DNA from: Lytechinus pictus
Taxonomy: Eukaryota
Assembly (NCBI RefSeq): GCF_037042905.1
Contig: NC_087259.1
Span: 2,294,001-2,358,000, forward strand
Direction of reading: 5' to 3'
Length of the DNA stretch: 64,000 nucleotides
Part shown: in pieces, positions 38,801 through 51,682 of the stretch
How positions within the stretch are numbered: position 1 is the first letter of the stretch
How the letters are laid out: the number at the start of each line of letters is the position of its first letter
The notes under the pieces: generated by a model
What the model was told of the DNA's origin: nothing
The model's input: the letters and a program-made list of their open reading frames with translations, nothing else
The model's database searches: none
Program-made: the position numbers and the translations under genes

Positions 38801-38978
38801 AATACCCTCCACGATAGGCCTATTCAATTAAAAATATGGATGATTTTGCCCTTAGGCAAAATAAACAAAATTGGGGGAAGGGGCCCCTTTCTTAGTTTTT
38901 CCACTTTTCACAAATGCATCTTTCGCAAAAAGGCTGGGTGTGCAGGGGTGATTACATAGTCTCGAGTGAGTTGTATTT

Positions 38979-39567
38979 TTAAAGGTCAAGTTCACCCCAG
39001 AAGAAAGTTGATTTGAATAAATAGAGAAACATCAAACAAGCATAACGCTGAAAATTTCATCAAAATCGGATGAAAATAAGAAAGTTATGACATTTTGAAG
39101 TTTCGCTTTTTTTTTCCACAAAACAGTTTAATCAGTGATATGCAAATGAGAGAATCGACGATATCCTTCACTATTTCTTTTTTTTTTGAATTATACAATA
39201 AATCAATTTTTATACTGATTTGACAACAAGGACCCTCTTTTTTTGAACAACAGAATTTTAAAACATTGGTAGTTCTACATGTTCAGGGAGGAATTAATCG
39301 TTGTTTCACATGACAACGAGGAGAAAATTAGAATAATTCATATTTCATGTAATGAAATACAAAATGAATAGTAAGTGGATGATGTCATCGTCTCCTCATT
39401 TGCATACTGACCAGGATGTGAATATAACTGTTTTTGAAAGTAAGCGAAACCAAAAAATGTCATAACTTTCTTATTTTCCAATCGATTTTGATGAAATTCA
39501 GTGTTATGCTAGTATTATTTTTCTCTTTTTTTTCAAACCCAATTTCTTGGGGTGGACTTGTCCTTTA
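38979..39567. mobile_element. Kolobok-like fold-back MITE
   Basis: TTAAAGGTCAAGTTCACCCCAG / TTGGGGTGGACTTGTCCTTTA, with about 130-bp inverted arms. Confidence 0.75.
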
Positions 39568-40689
39568 TTGACACTTTCTTCAAAAAAAAATTCAAGTGAA
39601 GAGACGATCGCGTTGAAGAAAATAAAGCAACTCATTCAAAAAAAATATATTACAATACATCAAACAAACGGCATAATGATAATAAACGAATCTGAATTAG
39701 ACTACAATTATTCATTTTATTTTGCCACATTTGAATCCCTGGCTTTGTTTAATTTAACCACTTCATTTCTGTACCATGTTTATATTCTCTTTGGTTTTCT
39801 TATCAACGGTTCGGTTAGTGACCGACTTTTTAAATTTTGTTCTTTCCTATATCGAAAATGCAATGATGGCTGATTACATATCCTTTCGTATCACTTGGAA
39901 CAAAACCTATCCTTATATCATAGATGAATCAACTCTTCAGTTTCAAGATTGAACAGAGGCGGATCCACATCCGGCCCGTGCTCCATCCCCTTTTGAGAGC
40001 CAAAAAACTATTTGTTAGTAGGAAATGTCGTGCATACAAGAGTAAACATTTTAGACCTTGTTCTTTCTTTCTTTGATTCTTTCTTTCTTTCGTTTTGTTT
40101 GTTTAATTTTTCCTGACATAAATCACCATCAATCGGGACAGATGATGATTTTGGGGGGCTTTTTATATATTTTTTCTGAAAGAAATGGGCCCTCCCCCCA
40201 GAAAATCCTGGAGGATGTTAAATGATGATTTGGTATATAGAGAATGGGGAATGTACAAACTACAAAGCATACTGCATTTGGCGCCATTTTCATTTGCAAA
40301 AACCGTCCATGGTGTGATTATATTGATGATTATATGACAGATAAATATGATAGTATATGGTGATGATAAGATTGCTGATGACAGCGACGACGTCAGTGAT
40401 GATGATGAGGAAAGTGATAATGGTGATGAAGATTAGGCCTATCAATTTTTGTATATTTTTGTATATTTGCTTTATATGCATGTATTTATGTTTTAAAGGA
40501 CCCCATGGAAGAACAGCGGTATTTTATTAATACCGCTGAAATGGGCCATCCTCCATATGATCTTTATGTTATGTTAAATTGAGCATGTATATATTTTATC
40601 TTTTTATGGAAATAAATACAAACAAACAAACAAACTGGGGGATGGGGAATAGGCAGGTAGAGCAGCAAAGGATGACGATTAAAACATAC

Positions 40690-41152
40690 CTGCTATAACA
40701 GCGGGGCTGGACTGGCCTCCTTCCGGTTTTACCCACATCTCCATGGTGAAGCGTTGCCTTGGAAACGAGAAGCCCGCATCACTTATCCTCTTATAGAGGA
40801 GCAGGTCCGAGTCTGTGGTGAAATAAAGGGCTCTACCCAAACCACCAGCGTCTTGTTCTTGCGTGGAGGTGATGGTGTCCAATCCTCGGGTGTTGCGCGG
40901 GAATCGAGAGTGGTCCTCTCGTTTAAGCTTTTCACTGCTATGACATCGATTCAAGACATCCCTGACTCTCCTCTTGGAAACACCACCTAAGGAACTGACA
41001 GCATCCTCAACATCAGTCAAGATCCCGTTGGGTTGACGACCACCTCTATCCGCCGGAGATGCGTTGACATTGCAAATCAACACAGCGGAAAACATTAATA
41101 GATGAAACATTGCTATGGAATGCACGGGGGTAACCCGACTGCCTGCAACCAT
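40690..41152 (-). CDS. PAPPA: Pappalysin exon 1: signal peptide, propeptide with basic cleavage sites, start of LamG-like domain
   Basis: MFHLLMFSAVLICNVNA hydrophobic leader; KRRVR and RNTR sites; RALYF..FTMEMWVKPEGGQSSPAVIA resembles PAPP-A; GT donor at 40689. Confidence 0.9.
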
Positions 41153-41386
41153 GGTTCACCTCTGCTCGTGACCGACTGGTTATCTTTGTTTATAACCTTT
41201 CTCTCTCCTTTTCTTTCTCTACTTTTTCTACCTGTCTCCCTCTCGGCAACCCCGCCGTCTACACCCACCAACAGCGCACTGCTGTATCAAATCATGCGGT
41301 TACAAGACCCTAACGATTAGTAACAAAGGCTCTAGTTAGGAAACAAAAGGCCAGTCAATAGCTCTTGGATTTGAGTTAATACCCCA

Positions 41387-41496
41387 ACTTCCGTTTTGTT
41401 TGCACTGTTTCTAAAGAATACGTTAGACGATCTCTCACGTTATGTCTTTCTGGATGAACACCGCTTTAAGTGGCGTCACAAACCACTGCGCATGCG
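41387..41496. promoter_or_regulatory. Putative pappalysin promoter motifs: ETS core (ACTTCCG, about 41388) and NRF-1/P3A2-like TGCGCATGCG (41487..41496)
   Basis: Motif matches 235-345 bp upstream of the ATG; function untested. Confidence 0.35.
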
Positions 41497-41552
41497 ACTC
41501 ACACTTAAGTGAGTACATGGCCCAACCTCCTGCGGGGAGACTTCGTGGTCAA

Positions 41553-41666
41553 CACTCCATCACACCTTCCAGGGGTACAATAATGTGCACCCCTCCATCA
41601 CATATTGGAGGGGTGCAATCGCGCACCCCTGCATCTTACCTTGGAGGGGTACAATCGTGCACCCCT
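41553..41666. repeat. About 37-bp minisatellite, 3+ copies, each with an AGGGGTRCA..YGCACCCCT hairpin
   Basis: Palindromic cores at 41571, 41609 and 41645. Confidence 0.75.
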
Positions 41667-44360
41667 AAACCACAGGGAGCCATGAGGTATCCTATTGAAT
41701 CCACTTGTTTATCAAACCAAAAAGCCTCTCAGATGGCGCAGTCTGGGTCTTAAGGGGTGAAAGTGGAATTGTCCAGATTACAGGTAGTGTGACGAGACAA
41801 CTTAATTGTCCATCCAGGGAATTGACTGACAGTTCCCTGGCAAATTCATCAGTCTCGTTTAAATCGTCTCAATGAAACACTAGATTTCATTGGTTACCTT
41901 GGAAATAGGAGTAGGCCTACCTATAGAGGTTTTCTTGAAACCTTAAATGAAAAGCGCAGACATGAGTTCACATCATAATGTTTATTAACAGATTTTCAAA
42001 AGACAATACAAGCCCATAGCCGGGGGGAGGGGGCGTTCGATCACCCCCCCCCCTAAATTTTCAAAAACAAGAAAAAATATGGGAAAAACATTTTACATTG
42101 GCTGCATATAACCATATTTTGCTTATTACTTTTTTCCCTTATCATATTCGGAGAAGATGTGAAAACAAGTTTTGACTGATGACCTTTTTTGTGCTTGTCA
42201 AAATTTTCAGCCACATTATCGCCCCACGAACCCTCTAATTGAAATCCCTGGCTATGGGGCCTCAATATTTTAGATTTCAAGATATACATTAACACGAGCT
42301 GAATATTTTTATCTTACTATATATAGAACTCGAAAACAAGTCGGAAACCTTTGCTGTTATTGATTTTATTTTTTATTGGTTTTTGGTTTGCTTTCTTTTC
42401 TTTTGTTGTCTTCTAAACCGCAACACGCATGTGTTCTTGATCTACTAATACTGTTCGCGTTTGTCGTGACTTTTACAATCAAAAGTAATGACAATCTTAA
42501 AGGTCTTCTATATTGGCAGGGTTGTATAAAAGCAAACCACGATTTTATAGTTTGCTAATTTACAAAATTATTAGAATTCTTTTATGTGCGCTTATCTAAT
42601 ATTCCCCGTTTCTGTATGAAACCAGTAAAATAGCACACTTTTCTTAATGGAAACATACGAACGATACCTTGAGCAAGTATAGTTACATCGCACAAATACA
42701 TGATTTCAGATTTAATTTTGAGGAATATATGAATTCAGATTAACATGAAAATCTGCCGATTTTTCATATCAACTAATATGATTTTTTTGTATGATAATGG
42801 ATGAAGATATGAGATACATAAAGACAGAAGCTTTTGTTTTATTCAAAGAAACAAAAAAAAAAGGGGAAAAAAAGAAAGAGATGATGGATGTGAATCAATT
42901 CAGAAAGATGGGGGGGGTACGATTATCGTAAACCACAACCAATCATCCTTCTCCGTCAAGGTTATTGCATACATTCTCTGGCACGATTCCCAAATAATAT
43001 TCAAAAGTATTCAATCACAAACTGCTAACCAACTGCCGCACTCATAAATCAACGAAATAGTATCACAACAATTATTTAAAGATTGATAAGAAATGTACAA
43101 GTCAGAGCGATTGTATATTTCATAGAAACGTTAAGTGGGTGGGGCATGCATGAGTTCCAGTCTTGCAATGTTCTCTCTCTCTCTCTCTTTAAAACTTGTT
43201 TTTGTTTATGAAGAGGTGAACGCACTTTCCGACCTTCGGCGCAGCGAGCAGATGCTAAATTGAGCGAATGAACGTATGTGACTTGAGTTGCCTGATTTTC
43301 ACATTACTGTTTTTCGTTGCTTTTTTTTTAAATCTCGAATGCAAATGTGACAAAAGTTTTAAGAAGGTGAATATGAAGGCGGTCATATAAGATCCCTTAT
43401 AACCACTACACGATCGCTATTACACTTTGCCTGTATAGGTATAATCATCAATACAGAATCGTAAATTACCCTACTTATAATTAATTTACTACGAAATTTG
43501 ATAAATCACTATATTATTATCATTATTTTACTCTCAGTCACTAATAAACATGGCTAGTTTTGGTTTAAAAAAAAGCTCTTTGTAGTAATCATGGTAGTAG
43601 GCCAATGTCTATATGCACTGGGAAATACATATATATCGTGGTATAAAGGCCTGGGTATTCAATCAGAAGAAGAAAGATTTTATCTTATCGTAATGAGAAG
43701 TGTTAATTAAAAGTCGACAATATCTGAAAATTTTAGCCAAAATGGAAATCATCAAAGAGAAGTTCAATCTGACAAAACATTTGTTGTGAGAATAGCATAA
43801 AAAAATAATAAATAAATATTGGTGAAGGCTTCAGGAAAATCCATCAAATATGAAGAAAGTTATTAGAATCTTAAGTTTTTGATTTGTGCCGTCATATACG
43901 AGCAGATGCCCCATTGTATGAAATGTATATATTTCACATTTTTAATGGTTTGTGATGACTTTTTTCTTTCAGGAGCTGGTGTGAAATCATTTTTTCAGTT
44001 ATATACATGTACTAAAGGTACAATAAAAAACATTTTCAATTTTATGAGAAAATTACAGTTCATAGATTTTTTTTACCATAGGATGGGAAAGCTGCTCGCA
44101 TTCGACGCAACAAATAAAAAAAAAACAGTTCCGATAACTTTTTTATTCTTTGGTGGATTTGTCTCTAACTATCACCAATGTTCTTTTTTTATTTTTTAGT
44201 ATTTTTATCTGCTGTTTTTACAATAAAGTTTTTGTAAGGGTTAAGTTCGCTGTTACAGTGCGCTTAGCAGGTGCCGGTGTTAGCCCGCACGCGAGTTCCC
44301 TCGCCATATACATACATGTGCATGTAAATGGGACAATTTGTTAATGGTATGATGGTACGC

Positions 44361-44942
44361 TTAAAGGGATGGTCCGGGCTGAAAGTATTTATAGCTTAAT
44401 AAAACGAGTAGAATTCACTGAGCAAAATGCCGAAAAGTTCATCAAAATCGGATAACAAATAACAAAGTTATTGAATTTTAAAGTTTAGCAATATTTTGTG
44501 GAAACAGTCGTCATGAATATTCATTAGGTGGGCTGATGATGTCACATCCCCACTTGTTCTTTTGTATTTTATTATATGAAATTAGGTTTATTCAAATTTT
44601 TTCCTCCAAGAACTAGAAAAATTGGATTGACAACTGATTTAGTGCATTAGATATTTACTGCTGCAACTTATTTCATTATAAGGGAGACATATTATTCACA
44701 CAAGTATGAATAATGAAAAAATTATGATTTTATGTAATAACATAAAAAAAACGGAAAGTAGAGATGTGACATCATCAGCCCACCTAATGAATATTCATGA
44801 CGACTGTTTTCACAAAATATTGCTAAACTTTAAACTTCAATAACTTTATTATTTGTTATCCGATTTTGATGAAATTTTCGGCATTTTGCTCAGTGAATTC
44901 TACTCTATGTATCAATATTTTTAGCCCGGACCATCCCTTTAA
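44361..44942. mobile_element. Kolobok-like fold-back MITE with about 190-bp inverted arms
   Basis: TTAA-AGGGATGGTCCGGGCT / AGCCCGGACCATCCCT-TTAA; arms nearly complementary. Confidence 0.88.
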
Positions 44943-46140
44943 GTTTGTACGACCTTCCACTTGGTCTGCGAAGGTTTTAGGTCATTCTTGGCTGTCATAA
45001 AAGTTTGCAATTATGACTACAGCAATAACTGAAAGGATGATTTTTATTAAAATCTTTGACAAAGTTACCAACTCACTGTCTATGAAATTTCTCTTGAATG
45101 GCAGTCTTTGACGGGGGTGACACGACATTTGCTCCTGTGACAATTACTCCGAGCTTTATTTCGTCTATGTAGGATTAGAATAAGCTGGTTTATATAGGGT
45201 AGGGAAGTCTTAAATCCAACGTTGATGTTAGTTATTCGATTATTGTGTGGAGTTTATAGCGGGGCAGTTGTCGCAGGAGCAAATTCAATGGAACCCTTTG
45301 TATTTTGAAAATATTATTAAATATTATTATCAAGTTTCCTCATTGCCGATAAATCTAGCCCCGTCCTTTCAAACCCTTAATTTTCATAAGGATCCGTCAA
45401 CAAGAGTGCGATGCAAATTATGGTATTAAAAGGTCATTACAATTATTTCTTATAGTAACCTCATTTATTTTCACCGAGGAATCCATGAAATACAAAGGTG
45501 TGTCTTTGGTATCAGATTAACAAATGAATAACTGTTATAAAAAACACACATACACAAAAAATAATAAAGAATTTCCCATTTTCTCTTTTAAATAATATAT
45601 TTATCCGATGTCATCCCATTATCACTATATAAATCACGTTCTGATACGCCTTATAATATTCAAAATATATAAATACAGATTTTGCATTTATTTGTTTTTA
45701 AAAGAACCTTTCAGTAACTGGACTCATGTGAAGTGGTGTTAGGACATAACAAATACTACTGAATCCTTTTGCCAAATACTCCAAAATCTTTGTACGACAG
45801 AGCAAATACAAGCTACGCATGGAAAAGAAAGAAGATACTACTTCACGTCATTATTCAGCTGAGTTTTCATTCACTTTTTCACACCTGTTTCAATGAAACG
45901 CAAATAAAACGCCCACTCCCTATCGATACTCGAGACGATGTGATCCGCACGAACTCACCTCTTGATAAATGTCACCCGTGGGAAATACTCAAATTTTATC
46001 AATGGCAAATTTCCGAGTACGACTGTTGTACTTTCAAAGTTTGTTTACACCGATGTTAGACGTGGACCTATTATATTCTCGCTTATACGCACAGTGCATG
46101 GCCCAGGGAAGCGGGGGTGCTGGGGGTGCTTCAACACCCC

Positions 46141-46439
46141 TGTTACACCCACAAATGTAATAATCGCCCACAAATGTAATAACGCCCACAAATGTAATAA
46201 CACTTTACCCACAAATGTAATAACGATCAAAAATTATTACATCTGTGGGTAAAGTGCATTATTACATTTGTGGGTGAAATTATTACTTTTGTGGGTAAAG
46301 TGTTATTACATTTGTGGGCGTTATTACATTAATTTTGTGGGTAAAGTGTTATTACATTTGTGGGCGTTATTACATTAATTTTGTGGGTAAAGTGTTATTA
46401 CATTTGTGGGCGTTATTACATTATTTTGTGGGTGCAACA
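46141..46439. mobile_element. Fold-back element built from CCCACAAATGTAATAA repeats (TGT..ACA ends, Ginger-like)
   Basis: Direct repeats on the left, inverted copies on the right; ACCCC TSD recovered after removing the next insertion. Confidence 0.7.
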
Positions 46440-46442
46440 ACC

Positions 46443-47876
46443 CAACCGCGTAGCCAGGATTTCATTTTGGAGGGGGCGGTAAATGCACGCGAAGCGTGCC
46501 AACACTTACAGAGCGCGCGAAGCGCGCTCCCTAGGGGGTGGGTGCAGGGAGGGGGAGTTTCCCCCTCCCTTGCGAAGCGCGAAGCTTTCGGTGTTTCATA
46601 AATTAAAATGAAAAGGAGCCGTCTATCTTGTCTCTAGTACCTGTATCAGCTCCAATTCAGTTGACTCTATTGTGATTTTGAATTTTGTTTTCAAAAGTGA
46701 TTGTGAACGCACAAAAAGGGATAAAATGAAGGAAATTATAATAATAATTACCCCGCGCGAAGCGCGGAAGCTCATGCATTTTATAATTTTTTGGCAAAGA
46801 AAAGGGTCCCGAAATAATGGTATTCTCTAAGTCATATTGAATGCTTCCCTCGGAAAGATCAGATTTGATTACAATTTAGCCACAGTGCATATCTTTAACT
46901 CGCAAAACAGAGGAGAAGATATGCCGGGAGGAAGATATTCTTCCCCGCGCAGAGCAATGAAACTCTGAAATTTTAAAGGTCGGACGTTTCATTACATGCA
47001 GATATCTCTATACCCATCGGCTCTAATTCAATTGATTTTCTAAGATTATTCAACTTCATTACAAGGAAAATACCGCTCAAAAAGTTGAAACTTCTGTGAT
47101 TTATTAAAATTATATAAAAAGGATGATGTATAATGTCTTTGACTAATCTTGAAGCGCTTCATTTTGAACGATAAAGAAACTTAAGTGTCATTCAAAATTT
47201 CAAACTGAGGGCGCAAAATAGGACAGGGCAGGGAAATGACATGAAATTTACTAGAATTTGATTTAAAAAATATTGTACTTTTTTATTTGATACGACACGA
47301 ATTTTATACCTTCTTTTTTTTAAATTAGAATCCCGTTTGCCCCAAAATTATGGTTGTTAAATAATGAGCTGAAAAGCGGGAGAAGTTGCCCTAGTGGAGG
47401 TGACGGCAGAAATTGATATAAAGATTTGACCCGCCTGGAGTCGACCCGACCAGAAGTTTCGCGATCAATTTGAAAAAAAAAAGACTTCATACACTTCGGC
47501 CTAACCTTACTCTAATTCCATGCCCTCATGTATACATTTGAACTTGAACTGGCAAGAAACACGTATAGCTGAGGTGGAAAAACAGGGTTAGAGAAAGGGT
47601 GGGGGAAACAGAGGAGAACTGCAATATTGTCATTTATCCGCGCGCAGCGCGGAAGCAAAATTCATATATATAAATTTAGAGCAAGAGTGAAGGAGTTTCT
47701 CTTTTTGAAAAAAAAAAAAAAAGAATAAAAGGAAAAACCCACAAAGCTACCTTTCTTCCCTTTCTTCCCTTCGCTTTTCCTTTTCTCCTCTCTTTTTTTC
47801 CCTTCTTTTTTTTCTTTTTTGGGGACGTTTTTGGGGGGCGACCGCCCCCACCGCCCCCCCCCTGGCTACGCGCCTG
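46443..47876. mobile_element. hAT-like non-autonomous element, 1.43 kb
   Basis: TIRs CAACCGCGTAGCCAGG / CCTGGCTACGCGCCTG; perfect 8-bp TSD CAACAACC. Confidence 0.85.
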
Positions 47877-48695
47877 CAACAACCCCCCCCCCCAAGATCT
47901 TCCTTTGGGATGCTGCATGTATTATCCTCAATATAGGCAGCACCCCCTGGAATTCTGGTAGGTGTTAAAAATGGAGAAATGTAACGAAAATGACCTGTTT
48001 TGTAGTGAACCCCCCTCTTTTTTTTTTTTTTTGCTTGTCAAATTTACATCAGCACCCCCAGTAAAAAAAGATCGTTCCCAGGGCCCTGGACCAGTGGCGT
48101 AGTGAGCCAAAAAGTTTGAGGGGGCCAGACATGGCGTATAGGTGGAAAACTCGAGCGAGCGAAGTGAGTAAGCTATTGTGACTTTTTCAAACACTTTAAT
48201 GCAAAACTTATAAAACAAAAACTTTTGCTACATATTTTAACACAATACTAAGAAATAATTTAACATTTCTCCCTTTTCCTTTCCTTTCCTTTTTTTTTCT
48301 TAGGGTCGTAAACATTGTTGCGCCTCCATTGCCCCAAAGCATTTCCCCCTATCAGTAAGCCAGTGCTTACGAATCTATAATAGGACACCAAATTTATAGT
48401 CAAAAGGCGTCACAGGGTGACTTCCCCTTTGGTTTATTTTTAAGCAGTGAAGAAAAAAAAAGAGGGAGAAAAGGGTATAAAAAAACGAAGAAATTATTTT
48501 AAAAAGGAGAACTTTAGGATGTATAACTATATAATACCCCTATATAATTGAACAGAGAATAAAATCACAGAGGGCCGTAATGTCGACTTGTTCCCCCCCC
48601 CCCCATCAAAATACCATGGAACTGACCCTCTTTGGTGAAGTGACCTTTCAAACCATAGTACTGTCAATTCATTTTTCATTAATGACGGAATAGTC

Positions 48696-48851
48696 CAGAG
48701 ACCGCGGAACGATTTTGAAAGTTGGGGGGGGGGGGGGGCTGACCATGAAAAAATCACAAGGAGATCGGTAAATTTTACGTTTTTATACAGTCTTTGGAAA
48801 ATAGTGGGGGATGAGCCTCCCACCCCCCCCCCCCCGGTTCCGCGGCCTCTG
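48696..48851. mobile_element. Small hAT-like MITE
   Basis: TIRs CAGAGACCGCGGAAC / GTTCCGCGGCCTCTG. Confidence 0.65.
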
Positions 48852-49734
48852 AATACAGCCTTGTACCCTGGATAAGATTCAATGGCAATGACTTATTGGA
48901 ATGACAGACCATTCTCAAATAGTACATCGTAAAAAGTTATTATTTTCATCTTTTTAGGAGCGCTTTATTCAATATAGCAAAGTACATATTTTCTAATCTA
49001 TTTAACACAGTTACAACTGGACATTATCGAAAAGGTATCTTGAAAGAGACCTGCCCCGTAATTTAAATGTATAAAGTATGGTTGTTTTTCTCATGTGGGA
49101 TCAAGAATTGATGTTCAACCAATCAGAAAGCGTATTAGGATTTGAGATTGATTTTTTTAAGTTGCAATGAAATTTTGATATTATTTAGGAATTTAAGTTC
49201 AGCCCACTTAATGGTTGAGGAGCAAGTACATACTAAAAGGGAAAAAAATAACGCATTAAAACACATTTTGTTCGGGATCCCACCCAAAATGAATTTTCAC
49301 CATATATATCATAATTATTATGAAACGTAATTTCACTTCAGCATGCATATTCCATATCATAGCATATTTACATTCACATAATATAGTGGAGTAATAACTA
49401 AAAGAAAAAAAGTGAGGGGAAATGTTTAATGCGCTGTTAGTGAGCGAAGCGATTGAGCGAGAAACCTTTTTGACCTTTTTAATGCAAAAATCTAATCATT
49501 TTATTTTGACGTAAAATTCAGACAATAATCATGTTTAAATAACTTTCCTTTTTCTTTACTCTTCTTTTTTTCTTAGTCGTTACAAGCTGGGAGTCCATGA
49601 TTATACGCCCCTATCTGTATGCCGAAGATAAACTGGAATAATAACCAACAATTTGAGGGAATCTCTTTAGTTTCAGTTTCATTTTTATTTTTTCTCATTT
49701 CCAACAAAACTGTAGACAAAATCCATCATAAATA

Positions 49735-50415
49735 CTAGTGGGATATTTATGAATAGTTTGATTCTTTATAAACGTGTCATGAAACACTAAGGGAAGGGCA
49801 CCAGAATTGAATTTATACATAAATTCTCCAAGATGAAACAAGTAGAGATCGTTTACTTTGGGAATATTATGTTCATGGAAAAGTGGATCCGAGTGGGCAC
49901 GAAACGGAGCATTGCAGATTATACGAATTACTTTTTTTTTGTAACAAGATAATTTTTTCTAACAGAGTTTGATGAGTGTTTCCCCAAAGCAAAAGTCCGT
50001 AATTTAGGTAGGGTAAAACAAGAGAATAATAAAGAATAAGCAAAGATGGTTGTGGAAGATGTGATTTTAGTCTGTTAATGATACCAATATTTCGAGAGTT
50101 TGTTTTGCATATATTTTCGATATGTAATTTCCAGGAGAGCTTGCTATCAAACAAAACACCTAAAAATTTTATGAGAAACCTGCTTAAGTGGGGTAGGCCT
50201 ATTGGCAAACATAATTTGAAGCTAAGGAGTTACTAAATAATATGTAATTCGTCTTCAAAAGATTTAAGGACAGCTTATTCATGGAGCTATAGCTCTATGG
50301 TTTATTGGTTCTTATCCATTCTAAAACATTTCGCAACTCTACATTGACGACATCAACAAGAACATTTGGATCTCTGTGTGAAAAAAATAAGTTAGTGTCA
50401 TCTGAAAAAATATGC
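49735..50415 (-). mobile_element. L2/CR1(Crack)-clade LINE reverse-transcriptase fragment, frameshifted
   Basis: FSDDTNLF (catalytic-like), NKLSLNLLKTNYI, KFLGVLFDSKLSWKLHI, YYSLVLPYLNYG..WG, LQKK. Confidence 0.9.
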
Positions 50416-50439
50416 GCGACCTTGACAATCTCCACTCCT

Positions 50440-50612
50440 CCCGGGGGGGCCACTTCCATTCACGAGTGGATACCATGCGCGACCATGGGGTCTCGAAAAG
50501 CACCCTAAACACGTAATTTCCATATTCTGAAAATGCGCCCCTTAACAAGTATTGGCGTGTGAAACCCTACCCTTAACAAGTATTGGTAACAAAACGATAC
50601 TCTTCGCAAATA
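50440..50612. mobile_element. Solo end fragment of the CCCGGGGGGGCCACTT MITE family
   Basis: Reverse-complement match to 52065..52242. Confidence 0.8.
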
Positions 50613-51682
50613 TTCCCTGCAGGGGTTTCAGTTTAGTCGCCTGTATCAAAATCGTTGCCACTCACTATAACTCATTTCCAAAGTTTAATTTGTTGTTATA
50701 TTTATCTTTCTTTGTTTTCTAGGGGAGTGTTCTCTGACGTTTGAAAGTATCTTTCTTTCTTTCCAAGTTGGCTGAATTAAGCACAATAGCTTGTGATTAT
50801 TCATGTGGAAATCGCAGGGGGAAATTTAGGCTTCTCAAAGGTTATGTGACCAATTTACATATTTTAAATGTTTGTTAATGAATGGTCGATTCCTATTTTG
50901 ATCCCTTGGCAAACGTGCAGCAATGTTGCTTTTCGGTTCACGCCCCATGCACTTACCATGCTCACGGTCTTGAGTTGTGTGTGCTGTACTCTTCTCTTAT
51001 ATATTGTTTAATCTACTTAAATCATGTATAATGAAATTTCACTCTAAAACAAATTCATGCCATTCAGGCTGTTTATTTCATTTCGTTTCGTTTCGTTTAT
51101 TTCCATTTCCAAATTTTACAATTTGTTTTGTACATCTTGCATGGTATAATCTATAAATGTATTTCTAGATAAACGTACAAAAATCTATAGTCAGGATTAT
51201 CATATAGACAGGTGGGAAATAGATGAGGTTTCTTATTTTTTCTATCATCTATCGATGATCTTACCGGGGATCCCCCTTAGTTATGATATAATTGAACTTT
51301 CAAAAAGTTTTTTTTGCCATCATTCTCTTGTCATGATTGCCAGCTCCATGACTGTGTATCTTTTTAATTTGAAATTTCAAACCAAAAGTGTCATTTCACA
51401 ATATTCTGGGCAGCGTTTTGCAGAAATTGTCTCGGGAGTTTAAAACGGAAAAATTATGTACTGAAAAGTTAATACTTAATTGCTTTTGGATTTTGTGAAA
51501 GAAGGTAAAAAAAATGTTAAGAAATAAAAACGCCCGAGAATTCCCTGTCTATTTTCCAAAAGGGACCTTTAAGGTGATTTCGTCCACGAAAAAAATTGAC
51601 AAGCAAAAAGGAAAAGAAAAGGTCCTCGCTTTTAAAAGGGAGGGGGGACACTTGTGTTAGAACGTTAGAAATAGATATTTAC

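Larger units (their letters stand above)
46097..48088. mobile_element. Outer hAT-like MITE split by two later insertions
   Basis: TIRs CATGGCCCAGGGAA / TTCCCAGGGCCCTG; CAGCACCCC subrepeats on both sides of the inserts. Confidence 0.65.

Noticed and set aside
49873-50208. Host gene or active retroelement ORF
   Set aside because: Frameshifted, truncated LINE RT fragment
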